This document shows, piece after piece, positions 13,001 through 28,994 of a stretch of DNA of 64,000 nt; the stretch's first letter is position 1; each line of letters opens with the position of its first letter. A model generated the notes under the pieces. It saw only the letters and a program-made list of their open reading frames with translations. It ran no database searches and was not told the DNA's origin. The stretch comes from Schmidtea polychroa (Eukaryota): assembly GCA_044892525.1 (NCBI GenBank), contig CM097887.1, positions 92,482,397 to 92,546,396 on the forward strand. Reading direction: 5' to 3'. The position numbers and the translations under genes were made by a program.

Positions 13001-16000
13001 TTCACACAAGCACTCACAAAGACAATTTCTTCTGAACAATACTAACACACACACTACAGTCAACACATAATCCACATGGATACTACTAGTCAGTCTAAAC
13101 TCAGATAATTTAATTTGTTTCGATTGGATGTCAAGTGTTTGCTAGACCTAATTAAAAAAGTTAACTTGATGATTCACTTTTATTTTGCCAGAGCTGAGTA
13201 CAGAAGAGCAGTTATGAAGGGACAAAGAAATAAGCAATTTCGCAAAACAAGAAGTAAATCACGTCATTGTCTGTTTGGTCAAACTTGTGAACTACCCAGA
13301 AACCAATTACCTACTTGTGAAGATGTGTTTCGTGATTACTGTTACAATGAGAAATGTACGCAATTTCATACTGGCTTTAACGAACAAGCAACTCTTCTCG
13401 CAAATAAGGTGAAGGAAATTTATATGAAGGCAAGAATCCCAACTGTTGAGTTCAGTAGTATTGTGGTTCGTGTCAAGCGACTAATATCAAAAGTGCGTGA
13501 ATTAGAGAAGTATCCAGAATGCAAGAGGTCATCTGCCAAATTTCAAGATAAGTTAAGCTCGTTTTCCAAATTGTTTGACATATGTTGCTGCAAATGTTTT
13601 AATGATGGTGCTCGTGGAAGATGTCAGTGTACATGCCGATTGGCCTTGAAAATTCCTTCCTTAGAGTGGGAGTTCTGGATTGACCAACAAACTACCAGAA
13701 ACATGAAAATCGGAAATACGGACAGACAGGAAACCTCAAAATTGAAGAGAAAACAAACGAAAAGCAGCCCTACAGGAAAAGGAAAACAAATGAAAATTGA
13801 AATAATGGACACTGAAGTTAACGATCTACATCCGACCTCAAGAAGTGACAAGGAGAGTGAAGCCGCTAGTGATGAAAGTAAAGATAAGTTAGACAATTCA
13901 ACAGAAAGCTCAGAGTCAAGCGTAGAAGAATGTGATGAATTTCAAAATAGAAGACATTATCCTGAATTAAGTAAAGCTGTTGACAGATGTGGTGTGAGCA
14001 ACAGAGACACGTGTTTGCTAGTAAACGCTTTTCTGAAAGATATGGAACTGTTATCCTCTCAAACAATCATCGATCCCTCAAAATTACGGCGTCAGAGAAA
14101 GTACTGGAGGGAGAGAGAAATTGAACAGCATTCAGCAGAAGCGAAAAACTTGATTTGCCTCGGTTTCGACGGGAAACAAGATTCCACCTTACTTCATAGA
14201 AGGATCCTAAAAGAGGAGCATTATGTGATTGTCGCCTTTCCAGGGGATACATATATCGATCATGTTGTACCTCAAAGTAGTAAAGCTGTGGATATTGGCA
14301 AAGAAATCATGTCAATCATCGTTAGCACGCAGTCCTCACTGACCCTTCAAGCAATTGTGTGCGATGGAACCAATACAAACACCGGAAAAAATAATGGAAT
14401 AATCAGAAGACTCGAAAAAAGCCTAGGGCGACCTCTACAATGGCTGATATGCTTGTTGCATGCAAATGAATTGCCATTCAGGAAGTATTTTTCAGTCGTC
14501 GATGGTGGAGAAACAAAAGGTCCAAAAACGTCATGTGGTGAAATAGGAAGCGTTCTTGATTTTGATCCAAAAGACAAGCCCGTAGTAGCCTTTATGTCCC
14601 TTCCTGGAAAGGTCGTAGATATTAGTGAAAATGTCAAGAAAGAATTGAACACTGATCAATTGTATTTCCTCAGAGTATGCTTGGCAGTCCAGAAAGGGTA
14701 CCACAACAACAAGGATGTCCCTTTTCTACAAATGGCACAACCAGGAAATTTGAATCACAGTCGCTGGCTAACGAAAGCTAATAGAATTCTGCGACTATAT
14801 ATGTCCGAAACTGCTCCATCTGAACCTCTCATGCGAATAGTGAAATTTATTGTCAATTTCTATGGACCGTCATGGTTTTATATAAAGACTCACTCGTCAT
14901 GCCAAGATGGTGCAAGAAATATTTTTTATATGCTCCAACTTCTGCAGGATTTGGATCCATCAGACCAAGAAATCATCTTTCCTGTCATTCAGAACAACAA
15001 TTACTTCTCACATCCAGAAAATATACTCCTAGCTGCTGTTGGTGATGATGATGAAGAAATCAGAAAGTTTGCAACAGAAAAAATCATAACTGCAAGACAA
15101 AATTTTCTCCCTTCCGAAGTGATTCGCACTATGGACAAGAATACTGTCTTTCTTCAGTCGTCTGCTACATCATATGTTGACATGATTGACTGGACAAAAT
15201 GTAATTTGACGCCTCCCCCTCTTTTATCTCATATATTGGATCATGAATTGAAGATGAATAAGAAAATTACATTAGAACAATTTCCCTGTCATTCTCAAGC
15301 CGTTGAAAGAGCCATCAAAGATGTTTCTTCTGCCAGTTGCAAAGTGTTTGGTCACAAGTCCAGACATGGTATGGTACTACTGTGTAAAAAATCAAGGAAG
15401 GAATTGCCCAAGGTGCAAAGCAAAGCTGATTTCATGTGACTTCTTTTTATGCCCTCGCTAATACATTTCTAAACTTTTGGCTGGATGTTTTTAATAAAAA
15501 ATAATTTCGAAAGTTGATTTTTGTCTTTGAAAAGGATAATTCAAATTTGGCCCTTCCTAATCACTGACGTTGTCAGGATATATTTCAATGCGGGATGAGG
15601 ACACAGAATATACTATCTCAGCCCAAGAGAGTAAATAATATACTTATAAGCTCTTAAGAAAGCTACATCTAAATATGGACAAAGGCGCAAAACACATTCC
15701 GACACTAGCCAAATTACATTGTTTTCACACTTATGTTGAACTGCATTTTCGGAGAAAGGTTGGGAGCAGTAAATGTCCATAAATCTAAGTAAAATGGTTT
15801 GATTCGATTTTTCTATACCAAAATACAACTTTTTAACCATGTTTCCTTTCTTGAACTCAAAATTTATTAACATTCGACTCACCCTAATAATCAGTATCGA
15901 GTAGCTTATAAAAAAATTTATAAAAAAATTGATCTTTTTGATAATTTTATAATCTTTTCATGAAATTTTTTGTATTAAATAAAATATTTTTTACATTTGC

Positions 16001-18778
16001 CATAAATCGTATCGTATTCAACCTGTTAGATACAGCCATTCTATAAGATGTATTTGAATAATTTTTTATATAATTTCTTCCAAATAACTCATTTAAATTT
16101 TGACATCTCATACAAATTATTAATATTATTATTTCTGCGATAAACACAACGATTTTTGGTTATTTATTTAAAATATTGATGTCTTTGTAATAATAAAATT
16201 TTAAGACATGATTACCCCACAAAAAGTGGAGTCTGAAGTTTGGTAACATTTTAAAGTTCGCAAGATGCAATGGTAACATGCAAAATATATAATATAAGGT
16301 TGCCATGCAAAGAATATAGTACTTTTTGGTTTAATAAGGCATCTATAGAATATTCACCAATTGAACACGAAAAACGTAAACAGAATTTAGACGGTTTAAC
16401 TAATGCGCGATCGAAGCATAAAAAATCATTAACAATTGACAATTAACAAATATTTGACAAATCAATAATTGGAATATATGGTTGCAGAACTCACCACATT
16501 GAATGGTTTTAATATTCACACCATCACAAAAAGCAGTTTTATTCGAGATTTATTAACCAGACGAAACCTGCATTTAGCTAAATAGTCGGTGGATGTAATG
16601 AAATTGGTTCAAGTATTACTATGTTGCAAAAACAGCTAATAAATAAAATTAAAATACAGATTCAAAATAAAAAAGAAATTTAGCCTTACCCTTGAAGAGT
16701 GGGTAAATAAATGCAATCGACGCTACTTTAATACAAACATTAATGATTCTACTGGCGATGTTTATAACTAGGTTTAACAAGAATCTTGAGTAATTCTTCA
16801 GCAGAAACAGCAATAAATTAAAAAAATTTGATTTAAGGTTGACGGATATAATTAAGTGCACTACTGGTAGAGCGGCGTTAATGGTAAAGTTAGGTATCAT
16901 GCTGCCAGCATTAAATGTGTTATAATCAAGCTACTAATTTAGCTGTGATTGATATACTGTGTCAATTCAGTTGTTGTGACTGATGCTAATTATACTTCGA
17001 AATCAGAGAACGAATATTCTAATGAAAATTTGATCACAAGCAATGATGAGAAACCTATTGAAAGTGAAAATAAAATGCAAGACAAAATAAAATGCCATAG
17101 CCGCAAGAAACCTTAAGCGATACACTAGCAACAATTCGAAAAATTTTCAAATTGTTTAAGGAATCTCTTGTTAAAAACAATGCACTACAGAACTACGTTA
17201 GAGATGATCATGACAAGGAATTAAATCTTCTTTTACATTGTCATATGAGATTGCGTTCACTGTGCACCACGAATGGACGCTTTCTTATAATTAGGCGCTC
17301 GTATATTTAAGCCTGTAGCATTTATTAATTGCAAACAATTTGATTATCATCAAACAGCTAGTAAATGTACTTAGGCCAATTAAATTGGCTGTTGAAGCTT
17401 TGAGGCGTCAAGATGCTACCTTCCTAACTATCGAAGATGTTTAAAAGTTTTAATTTGAAACTCGAAAAAGAAAACTTTCACGTTAAGACAGAAATGTTAA
17501 CTGCTCATAAACATCGTATCATTTAACGGAGAGAAAATGACGTAAAGATAATAAACGCGTATAAAATATCAGAGGTTATTTCTAAGAATTCGAAAAATGT
17601 ATTGGATTGTTTAAAATTCAATACAACCAACTTCAACTGAAAGAGAATATATTTTACCTTTAGCTGGTAACGTGATAAGAGTATTGATATTATATGTTTT
17701 ATTAAGAGTTTAATTTTAAAAAAATAATTTTTTAAATTTCAGGTAAATTATGCCTTAAAAGTAATTACCAGCCAAGAACGTTCAATGTTAGTTGAAGTTA
17801 GTTTTATTATTATCTTCATAGATTGTAATTTCCCATTCACTATCCAGCCTTACCTATTGCATATTACGTAATTGAATTTACAACCGAAACAAATCTCTTC
17901 GTGTTACTTTGTTCTGAATAAAATGAATTAATAAAACATTTTACTTTTAAATTGATGATTGTTTTAAGAAAATTTTCCATACTATTCAGAGAAATTTTTA
18001 ATTTTAGAGGAAATCTCGCGTAGCTCGAGATACCCGAGCCCGTTTCACCACAAAGCCCGCGAACTCGAGCATCCGAAAAGCTCAAGCTTCATAAACACTA
18101 TAATAAAGTGCGGTTTTTAAATTTTTAGAAAATGTGAACAAAATGTAGCTAAAGTAAAAATTGTTCAATACGATGTCCAATAAATCCAAAATACATAAAA
18201 TAGCTTATTAGAAACTTAAAAAATCTTCAAATGAATAATTTCACAATACTTACTAACATAGAGTTCAAAGTTCGAATATTTCAGTTGATTGATTAAATTG
18301 TTATGATATTATTACAAAAACCTTAATGATGTATTTGGAAATGAAAACGTAAACAATGCAAATCTCAGCCAAATTGCTGACATCTAATAAGAAATTACAA
18401 AATTGATTTCACGCAGATGAAATGTTATACCATAAACATTATTGACATTCAACACTATTGATAATTCTATTGGTAAATAAAGTCTTAATAATAATTATTT
18501 TTAGAATTTACAGCAATGAAATCAGTAACTTCTAAATAAGTATATTACAAATATCGTAGGTTTTTCTAAATTTAAATTATAAATAACTCTTAATTGTTTC
18601 TTTAAAACAATAATTATGTAAGCATAAAATTCACAATTGCTTCTCATATTTTTAGTTGATGTTTATAATGCCTAATATTTGTCAAGGAATTCAGTGTCCT
18701 ATATCGTAATGCAAAACCATAAAAACATTTTAAGTTAGTTTACAAATCGATAAAACAGCAACATTTACAGAAGTAGTA

Positions 18779-18810
<32 letters not shown>

Positions 18811-21800
18811 GATAATATCTTAATAATATTAATAAAGACAGAAATGAACCGCGTATGAGAAAAACAGAGGAATAATTAGTGTATATAAAATAAAATTTAG
18901 AAACTAAACATACTTTCAAATATTTTGGAAAATTTTTGATTTCGACAGCTTGCCTCTTTTTAAGATATGATTCTTGTTGTTGAGCGTATTGAGTTTGGGC
19001 TTCAATTTCAATATTTTGCAATTTTTGCATTTGATCGATTCTCAAAACGTGCATACTTTCCTGATGGTTCAACTGTAAATTGACCAATTTATCATGTTGC
19101 TGCAACAATAAAGCATTTTTCTGTTCCAATTGAGATTGTTCTTGTTTCAAAGTGGAATCCATTTGTTTAAGCTAGTTAATGATCACAAAACCATTAATTC
19201 TTATTTACATGCATTATACTCACACCTGTAATATGTGGCGGTTCATTATAGCATCTCTTTTAAATCTTCTGGTTCTAGCATCACCAAGTTTCTGGAGGTT
19301 ATTAATTTCAATTTCATATTGACCGGTATTTCTATTTTCTGATTTAAAATTTTTTTTAAGAATTTTAATATCCTTCTTTGATATGGTTTCTAAATTTTTT
19401 ACAAAATTCAATTCTTTTTGACGATTTTCTTTATTATTTTTATCTAATTCTAATGAATTAGTTTTATTCAACTTGTCTAGTTCTTTGTGAAAGGTGCTTG
19501 TCGCATTTTCTAATTCTCGATTCAATGAAAGTTTTAATGTTTCCATTTCATACTAAAAAATTATTAAATATTAATTTTCAAACATTAATCAATATACCAA
19601 TGACTAAATTTATTTAAATTTTTACATTTATTTATATTATTATTGATTTCTTAAATTCAATTTAAAGAGCATTTTATAAATAAAGTATATTACTTGTAAA
19701 AACCATTAAAACAAAATAAATATATTATTGGCATAATCAATGAATCGTTAAAGTTGTAATCAATTTTTGCTGACATTAAGTTCGATTATCGGAGAATAAA
19801 ATTAAATTACTACATTCCAATTTCTTAATTTACTATTTTTCTATTTACTAAAACTTCAAATGTTTTCAATGTTCGAGAAAAATAAATTTCTAAAATATTT
19901 CAATTCAAGTCATCCAAACAGAAAATTCCGAGGATCGAACGAATTGCTTTTCACAAACACATCGACACATGTTTACAAAATAAATTAGCGAAATCAAAAG
20001 AGGATCATTGTGAAAAAACGATTTTGTTCTCAGCATATGCTCAATGTAAAGGCATATTAAAAGAATGACTGCTAAATCATCTACACAAGCACATTGAATA
20101 GAACACTATAATGCTACTTCTGATTCTGAAAAGAAACAAAAACTTGAAACCCGTTCTGTATTATAATATCTTAGTTTAGACGAACAATTGTTTGAATCTA
20201 AAGCGTAAAAAAGAGTAATAATAATAAGTGAAATAATTAATTCTAGAGAAATTTGGAATTTATAGTAAACAATGACTATGAAAGGTTACGAAATCGACCA
20301 GCTGTAAGAGTAATTTGTTTTATTCTTCGAAGTAAATAGAGACAAAATATGACAAGTGTTTTAATTAGTTCATGTTCAAGCAAGCCGTATTGGCATAGGT
20401 ATAAATATATGTTGATCCGCTCATATTTAATCATGTTAATACATCCTATATCTTATAAGAAGCACTTAAAAGTTATTTTTTCCATATAGATAACTTAATA
20501 TATGAAAATTTTAATAAGAGAAATTTTCGAACCATCTTTAAAAGACAAGACCAAGACTTTAAAAATTTTATCACAATATTCACATTGTAATTGCTTTAAA
20601 TTTGATATATTTTGCGTTTATTTTATATTTGTATTTTTTAAACAAATTAATTGCTTTGAATATATAAATATATCAATTTTTGTCAATAGCTTGCATTTTA
20701 CTTAAATAATTATACCTTACAAATTCTATCCATTACATATGAACCCGAATTTCTGCATGTAAATTTTTTAATTAATTCAGTAACTTTTTGCATTGTTATC
20801 GTTTTAGATACAGCCTGATTACATCTTTCATTTTCAAGATTTCAATTGTATTTTAAGATCCCGAAATTCAAAGTAAATCTTAAAGAAAAATTTTATAATT
20901 AGATATATGTAAAAATATTAGATTGGTGCATAAATTCATCCTGTTTTAGTATAATCTGCGATTTGCACTGTTAAAAAATAAATTTGCATTAAATATATAA
21001 TAAAATGTGATAACTTTTGCTGTTGTTCTGCGATGTGTATGGCGATGATGCCATTGATGATTCCACGTGTAGCAAGTGGTTTCGACACCTGAATCAAAGA
21101 AAATTGAAAAAACCAATGCACAACGAAATAATGATGCTAATCGAAGCTGGCCGATATATAAGACAACTCAAGAGTTGAGTGAAATTCTTGAAAGAAATCA
21201 TTCTACCATTTCTAGACGATTGCGCAAACTTGGTACATTCAACAAGGTCGATGTATTTGAAAGAGCGCTTATATGCTTGCAAAACTCTATTGAATAGGAA
21301 CCAATATAGATCCATTTTTAAAGCGTTTGGTCACAGTAGATGAAAAATAGATTTCGTATACTAATTTTGAGCTCAACTGATCTTGGTCTATGGCAGGAGA
21401 ATCTCCTTTAACTAGTGTCAAATCCAGCTTGCACCCATAAAAGGTAATGTTATGCATTTGGTGGGTCTGGAAGGGAATAATTGTGTGTGAGCTCTTATCT
21501 GAAAAAGACACCATAAATTTAGATAAATACTTCTCCAAACTAAATGAACTGAAGCTAGCTATCGAACAGAAGTGATATGTAATAGCCAACAGAAAAGGTA
21601 TTATACAATGAAAGGCTACACGTCTTTGACCACCCGGAACAAATTATCGCAACTCAATTTTGATGTTTTGGTCCATCCATCATACTCTCCCAACCTTGCG
21701 CCATTCGATTACACCTATTTATATCACTTCAAAATAGTTTAGGTGGTAAGAAACTTTGTTTCTTGAAAGAGTTGAAAAGTCACTTAAATCACTTTTTCAT

Positions 21801-23819
21801 CCAGAAACCACAGAGCTTTTATGGATTATGCAACTACCGGAGAGATGGAGAAAGGTGATAGAACTGAATAGAAAATACTTTACTGATTAAATGTGATTTT
21901 TAATATATAAATTTTTAGTTTCATTTTCTAAAAAACAGGACGAATTTATGCACCAATATATTTCATCCAAAAAACAAGAGAAAAACGAGAAAACGAAACT
22001 TCGAAAGTGAAATAGAATTTTTTAAAGCCTTTAAAACTTAAAAAATTATCATACAAGATTAATTTACATGAAATAAAATAAAATAAATTTTTTCTAAAAA
22101 TTTGAAACAATATTAATTAAATCGTGCAAAAGCAATGTATAATTTTGACAAAAATAAGTAACTACATATTTCAGGTGTATAAAAAATAGTTGTAAGTTTC
22201 AGGAAATTTCAAAAGAAACATTTGTTTTCAAATGCTTTACAACCAAATTGACTTCAATAATTCAGAGAATTTGAATAATGAAATAAAAAAAACTATATTT
22301 AGCTCAAATAACAATGTAAATAATTTCATGTTTAATTTATTTAAAAGATTTATAAATAAAATTAAAAGTTATTACCAATATTAAAATATAGAATTTTTAC
22401 AAAAAATTATCCTCAAACTTAAGAACATTCGAATCAACATGTCACTGGTATTTTTGCAAATATATTTAATAAAATTGTTTTAATAAATATCTTGAATTGA
22501 TAGGTGACTTAAATTACAGAAAGAGGGTAAAAATTCTATTCTTATCATAATAAACAAAATAATATATCATAATATTTGGGGAAAGCGATATTGAAAAAAA
22601 TATTGGAGTCAGAATATATTATTGCCTAAAAGTCGTATGATTTCATTTAAAAGTATAAAGTGATCATTTCTTGGTAGCAGAATTAATTATATGTTAAACA
22701 AGTAAATGATACTAAAAGCCATTTGTTGCGAAGTGTATATTTAATAAAATGAAAGATACACTTCGCTGCAAAAGGCTTATGTTATCATTTATTTACATAC
22801 TATTTTCATTTAATTTTAACTTACAATTAATGTTATCCATTATTATTCATATTAAAAGAAACATGACCAATTCTTTCTAACAATTCTTCAATCTAATCTT
22901 GTAAAAGCTATTAAACAATACAGCTTATATACTATAAACTATAAATGCTGAAAAATACGCGACCCCCAAACATCCAATTCTGTTTACATGCGCACTTTTT
23001 TATAGGCTTTTGATTTAAGAAGCTCTAGAAAAAAATTCTATTCCTTTAATGAAATTTGTTTCAATTTAACATAATACAAATTTTAAAATTTCATTTTCAT
23101 TTATATTCTAAGAAATAAATTTTCTGTTATAATTCAAATATTTTTAAGAAGGCCGTACAAAATGTAACATAATTCACCTATATTATAAAAAACAAAAGCT
23201 CTCTTTAGATATAAATATTTAAATTTTAGATAATTAAAATTTCCTTTCCAAAATTTATTATTGGGCTGCCGTTATTTATTCCCAAATAATTCATTTAACC
23301 ACTGCAAACAACAGGAACTTTTTTTACTTGTATGCAGCAACTATAAACGAAGAAAAAATTATAACATAATCAACTTATAAGTATATAAGTTAGACAACAA
23401 TATACTTATAAATATAGTATATACAAAACTGATTAAAAAAAATCTAAATTGTGAGCGATCCTAGGTGACTAATCCTTTAGAACAATTTTCTCTTGAAAAC
23501 TTGCTTTTAAAATCGATAAAGACAATGTGAAAAATTTAAGATAATTATTAGAGTTATTTCAATAGGACAAACTTCAATAACTTCAACAAGATTTTGCCAA
23601 AAGGATTTTAACGTGGTTTTTTTAATTCATGTTCTCCACGATAAATTTCTGTTAAATGTAATTTTTGAATCTTCCAGCAACATTGTACTGTTCGAAGAGG
23701 ATATTTCTTATTCTTAGCTTTTTGCCATTACAGTGCGTAATGACAAAATTTTGACAGTTAATTATAATAACGGTTTTTACAAACTTGAGAAGTTAAAAGT
23801 TATAACTTAAAATGAAGTG

Positions 23820-23902
<83 letters not shown>

Positions 23903-26900
23903 CAAAAATTAAGAAATGTTATTCTGACTTATCGAGTTTATTATACATAACAGCCATACAAACTTCATTATAAATGTATATGTTTATTATTCATAATATC
24001 AAATACTTATTTAATCTCAAATTATCCAATTAAGAAATTTAATTTTATCAATCATCTGATTTAAATGTCATATAACTTTCTTTAAATCCAACAAACAAAA
24101 TGTTTGTAAACTGTCAATGTCATAATTACAATTGTCAATATATCAATGATAGATGAAATATAAAAAAATAGAAAGAAATGAATGCCATAATTGAAAACAA
24201 GTACTTGATGAAGGTGATAACTATAAATTACCTTGTGTTTTTCTTCAAGCTGTTGAATGGATCTTTTGTGTTGATTACGAATTCGTTTAAATCCATTCAT
24301 TTGTTCACGCCACACTTCATTGATGTCCGATTGGTTTTTAAATTTATCTTCATAGCTTTCTGATGATGTTGATGATCGATGAAGCGGTATTTTTAAGGAA
24401 ATTATGTGAAGATTTTCAACTGATTTAACATCAATGCTTTGCAATTGCTTAATTATTTTTGAGACTTTGTTTTCATTACCTGCATTTCTGCTGATATCAC
24501 CTGTTATAATAACGTAAATAATACGAAATTTAAAGAAATTTAAAATAAAAAAATGGAAACCAAAATTTCATTACCAATACAATATTTTCAGTAGGACTAA
24601 ATAAATAACTTAAAAACACGTGCGATGAAACTTTTTTAAATTGAATTAACGACTTATTAAATAAAAGTTCGGCACTATATAAATTGTAATTAAATTATAC
24701 ATTCAATCGATCAATATTTTGCTTCATTAAAAAATTGCAGTATCCTCTAAATGCTAAAAGTTATACCAATGCTCATAAACTTTCAATACTGATAAAGATC
24801 TTTAATGTAACACTTGCTAGTGTAACAATGTTGAGACAATGGAAAAGTGAGATTTGGAGATCGATTGCAACTGATAACAAATTGGCAAGAACATCTGGTG
24901 GTGGTTGCAAATTAATTATTGAAGAGCTTGAAAACGAAATATTTGAATTATTCTCCAACAGGAGAACGAATCATTTAGTTGTAAAAAGAAAGAATGTGAA
25001 GGATTTTACTGATAAGTTTAATTTTTACTATCATAATATTTTTATGGTTAACTAATTTTACTTTTTCATAAAGAATACTTATATTGTGAAAATGCCCGTG
25101 ATATAAAGCTTGGCAGCAAATTTATTGAAGAAACTTCGGAAAGAATAAAAACATACTCTTGATTATAATAAGGAAAACACAGAATTAGATAATATTAATT
25201 TTCCACTATATTGTACTTTAAATTAAATAATAATTAGAAAATGAACTAGCATAGTTAATGATTTTCCCTAATGGTATTTTTAGGCAATATTTACTTCTAT
25301 TTAAACGAGCATTAATTATATAAATGGGCATTAATTTTTTTTAAATGAGAATTAAAGAAATTTAGCAATTATAATATTGAATTTGGATTTCTCTAATTAT
25401 AAGGCTTTCGGAGAATTTTAAACAATTCTTTTAACATGTTTTTCTTTATCATTTTAACACTAACAAATTAAAATTTTATCTAATTTAATTTTGAATTAAG
25501 TTGAACACAATAAACCAATTATACGAATTAAGATTTAATATTAAATTTTTTAAATAATTTCCAAATTTTCAAATAATGAAAGTCAATTTCAGTCTAAAAT
25601 TCAAGAATTTTGTTCAATTCAACTATTCAATATATATTGTTCAACATGTAGAAGTTTCACTGTAGATTTAAAATGAAAAATTAGAATTTGATTAATAAAC
25701 CGAATGATGAATTTGTAGTTATTTAAATAGAGATTTAACTTTATTATTGTCTATTATTGAATATAATAAAAGTTTATTTTAAAAAACCTAAATTCAATAT
25801 CATTTCAAGAAACCAAAAATGCGGTAGCTAATAATGAACTCATGTGATTATGTAGTTACTATTTGAGCTTTAAATTTGGAATTTCCTTTAGTGTCGGATG
25901 ATGACATTTGCTTCGTCGAAATATTGCAAAAATATATTTTAACAAATAGTATTTTCATTATTTGAACAAATTACCATGGTTAATATTATATTTTATTAAT
26001 TTAACACCTGGGAAAGTTTAATTTAAAAACTTTTGGCAATATTTTATGTATAAATTAAAATAAAATATTATAAATTACCTGATGATTTAGAATTTGGAAT
26101 GACATTGTTTCGTTCGGATAAAAGTTTAACACTATCTGACTGACTATGTGATAATTTCTGGTCTATCTTCACAGGGTTGTTATTTTTCAAGGAACTATTA
26201 GAAACATCTCCTCTGTTTTTCTTATTCTTAAATAAAAATATGTTTATGGTGTTATATCAAACATTAATACGATCATTTTCAATTAGAGGTGCAAACGGTA
26301 GGATGTAACTACCAAATTCCCTTTCAAATTGAACAAAGATATTTCATCGAAACCTTTGAGTTACAGTTTTTAGATGTATTGTTTATATACATTTTGTTAG
26401 AAGCAATAAAAATGAGATTTTCCAAATATTAACAATTTATTTACTTATTACAAAATTTATAATGCTAGTGTTTTAAGTCCGTAGTTGCCAAAATTTTCAG
26501 TTTAAGAGACCGGTAGAAAAAAATACTATTGCAATAGGCACCTGTGACAATTTAATAATTTTTTTTTATATGACCACGGGTAGGTGCCGGTCTACGGACT
26601 ACCAAATTGGGAAACTCTGTTTTACGCAATATAAAACTAAGGCATTTGCAATTTTGACATTAATCCTAATATCGAAAATAAATAGTTTTAATTGATGTCA
26701 ATATACAAATTTCACATATATAGCTATTTTTACCTAATTAATCAGAATTTGAACATTTATTAAGTTTTAATTTATAATGAATTTTGGAGTTCCTTACATG
26801 TACATCTTTGAATGATCAGGAAGAAACATCAGTTCTGACAAATTCGAGAATTTTTTGTGATATGTAAATCCTAAAAGGTGTTGGTGTCTTACATAACTAG

Positions 26901-28934
26901 ATTCATGTGCCTTTAACACAGACAAGTTCATTTCAAAGAAAGAATTTCCCTGTAAATTGTATCTTTGCTCATCGTTTTTATTCATAGTAACTAGATCATT
27001 TCAGAGATTATTTTAGTAATGCAGTTTTTATTAAGTAAAAATGATGCCAAAAGCCAATAACTAGCTAGAATTTATAAATTACGATATATTACCAGTGAAG
27101 ATTAAATAATGAATGAAAAATTTATGTTTAATATTTGGAGTTCAAGACAATTTCATCAAATAAAATTTCATGTCAAATAGCCACAATAAAAATTAAATGT
27201 TGTAGAATAAACGAAAAGAACTTTTAGATGCAATGGGATGCCAAAGTCATAAAATTGTTGAAAGATATAAAGTAACCAGGGTTCTTTGCAATTATAGTGG
27301 ATGAGACTTCTGATGGTGGCGACAAAGAATGGATGTTAAAATTTATAACAGTCAAATCATTTTCCTTAGGAAAAGATGAAGCGTAAATATCAAGATGGTA
27401 GAGGTGACTTCGGGCAAAATTTCAACAAAATATTCTGGACTCAGTTTTGTTTCCAGGCGAATCAATCGCCGAATTTTTCTTGAAAATCGATCCATGGCAT
27501 GAATAAGAGACTGGACTACTTTTTCCACACATTATTTCTAATAAGGAAACTAGGCACAGCTTTGGTAACAACGAATATGGCAACTTTTTCCTACAAAACA
27601 CTCAACCATGTAATAGTGGTGAATTATGATTCCTTGAGTATTTGTCTTGATCACAAAAACATATTATCCATTTATCTCGGCGCAGAAAAATAATCAGCAA
27701 TTGTTCAAAACGAAATCAATGAATATGATTGAATATAGGACAAACTTTGACAATCAATGCAGTATAAACTTTTCTAACTTTAATACTCTGAATTGAATTA
27801 TAATTGTTTGTTATGAATCTTTCTAAATTACTGGTTCTACTGTGATATTCGAAATATCGTTCAGTGCATTATTGTTTTGAACGTCGTAGGTTGTTGACTA
27901 TGGAAGACAAGTAACTTACATTTCAGATATTATCGATGATATACCATGACACTTGATTTTAGTGGATTGCATCACTGATTCTCGGGAAATATAACCATCA
28001 GAATTTCATATTAAAAATTGGAGTCGTGCTAAGGGGACTAGTTACACTTATCATGAATAGGTTAGTGAAACAATATAAATTGTAAGAAAAGCTTCTGTAA
28101 ATCTAAATTTCTGCAAGTTGTAACTAAAAAATTGTAACTTCTATATTTTTGTTAATATTTTGGAACATGTAAATATCTTACAAGTAAAGATTAATTATTT
28201 ATATTTGGAAGAATCCCATGAATTTCTACGTAAAAATGATTTCCTTCGTACCAAAATCCTGTTTGCCATAGTGAATAATTAAAAATGGAAATTTAATAAA
28301 AAAATTCAAAATTAATCCCTCAAAACTGATGTCATATTTAATAAACTTGAGATTTTAGTTTAACAAAATATATGGAAATTTGAGACAATAATGATAATAA
28401 TCAGGAGCGGCTCAAGAAATTTTGTCCAAGCCTAGCGCCCTAGGCGAATTTTTATGAAGCGCCTACCTTAAAGAATGCCAACTGAAACATTATGTTTTAA
28501 TAATTTAAATTTCTTAATTCAACGAGTAGGTATTTCATAATAAATTTTTTATTCAGTGAAATAAAAAATTTGTCCATTTCAAAATATAATAATATATGCA
28601 GTTTCAAAATACATAAATAATAGTACAAAATAATATAGGAGTGACAATTGTGAAAGAGAAAAATTAAAGATATCATAATAACTTTCATTCTTGCCCTCAT
28701 TTTAGCAACAAAAAAAAATTAGCGCTACCGATTCACACAACGTTTTCTCGCCAGTAAAATTTAGTATTTACTAAACCGCTAAGCTTATCTGAATATTAGA
28801 TAGATGCAATTTGTTAGTAAATAATTGTTTTTATATATTCGAGAAATAATTTAGAAATATTTTTGAGCCCTAGACGGCCGCCTAATTCGCCTATATGGTA
28901 GAGCCGTCCCTGATAATAATAAAAAATTATAACA

Positions 28935-28994
<60 letters not shown>

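Noticed and set aside
22716-22795. GCGAAGTGTAT...ATACACTTCGC hairpin, with tail shared with ~243-275
   Set aside because: Probably a small dispersed repeat end; no terminus or TSD to classify it.
23820-23902. (AAT)n tracts as telomeric or functional repeats
   Set aside because: Interstitial simple microsatellites, common throughout the window.
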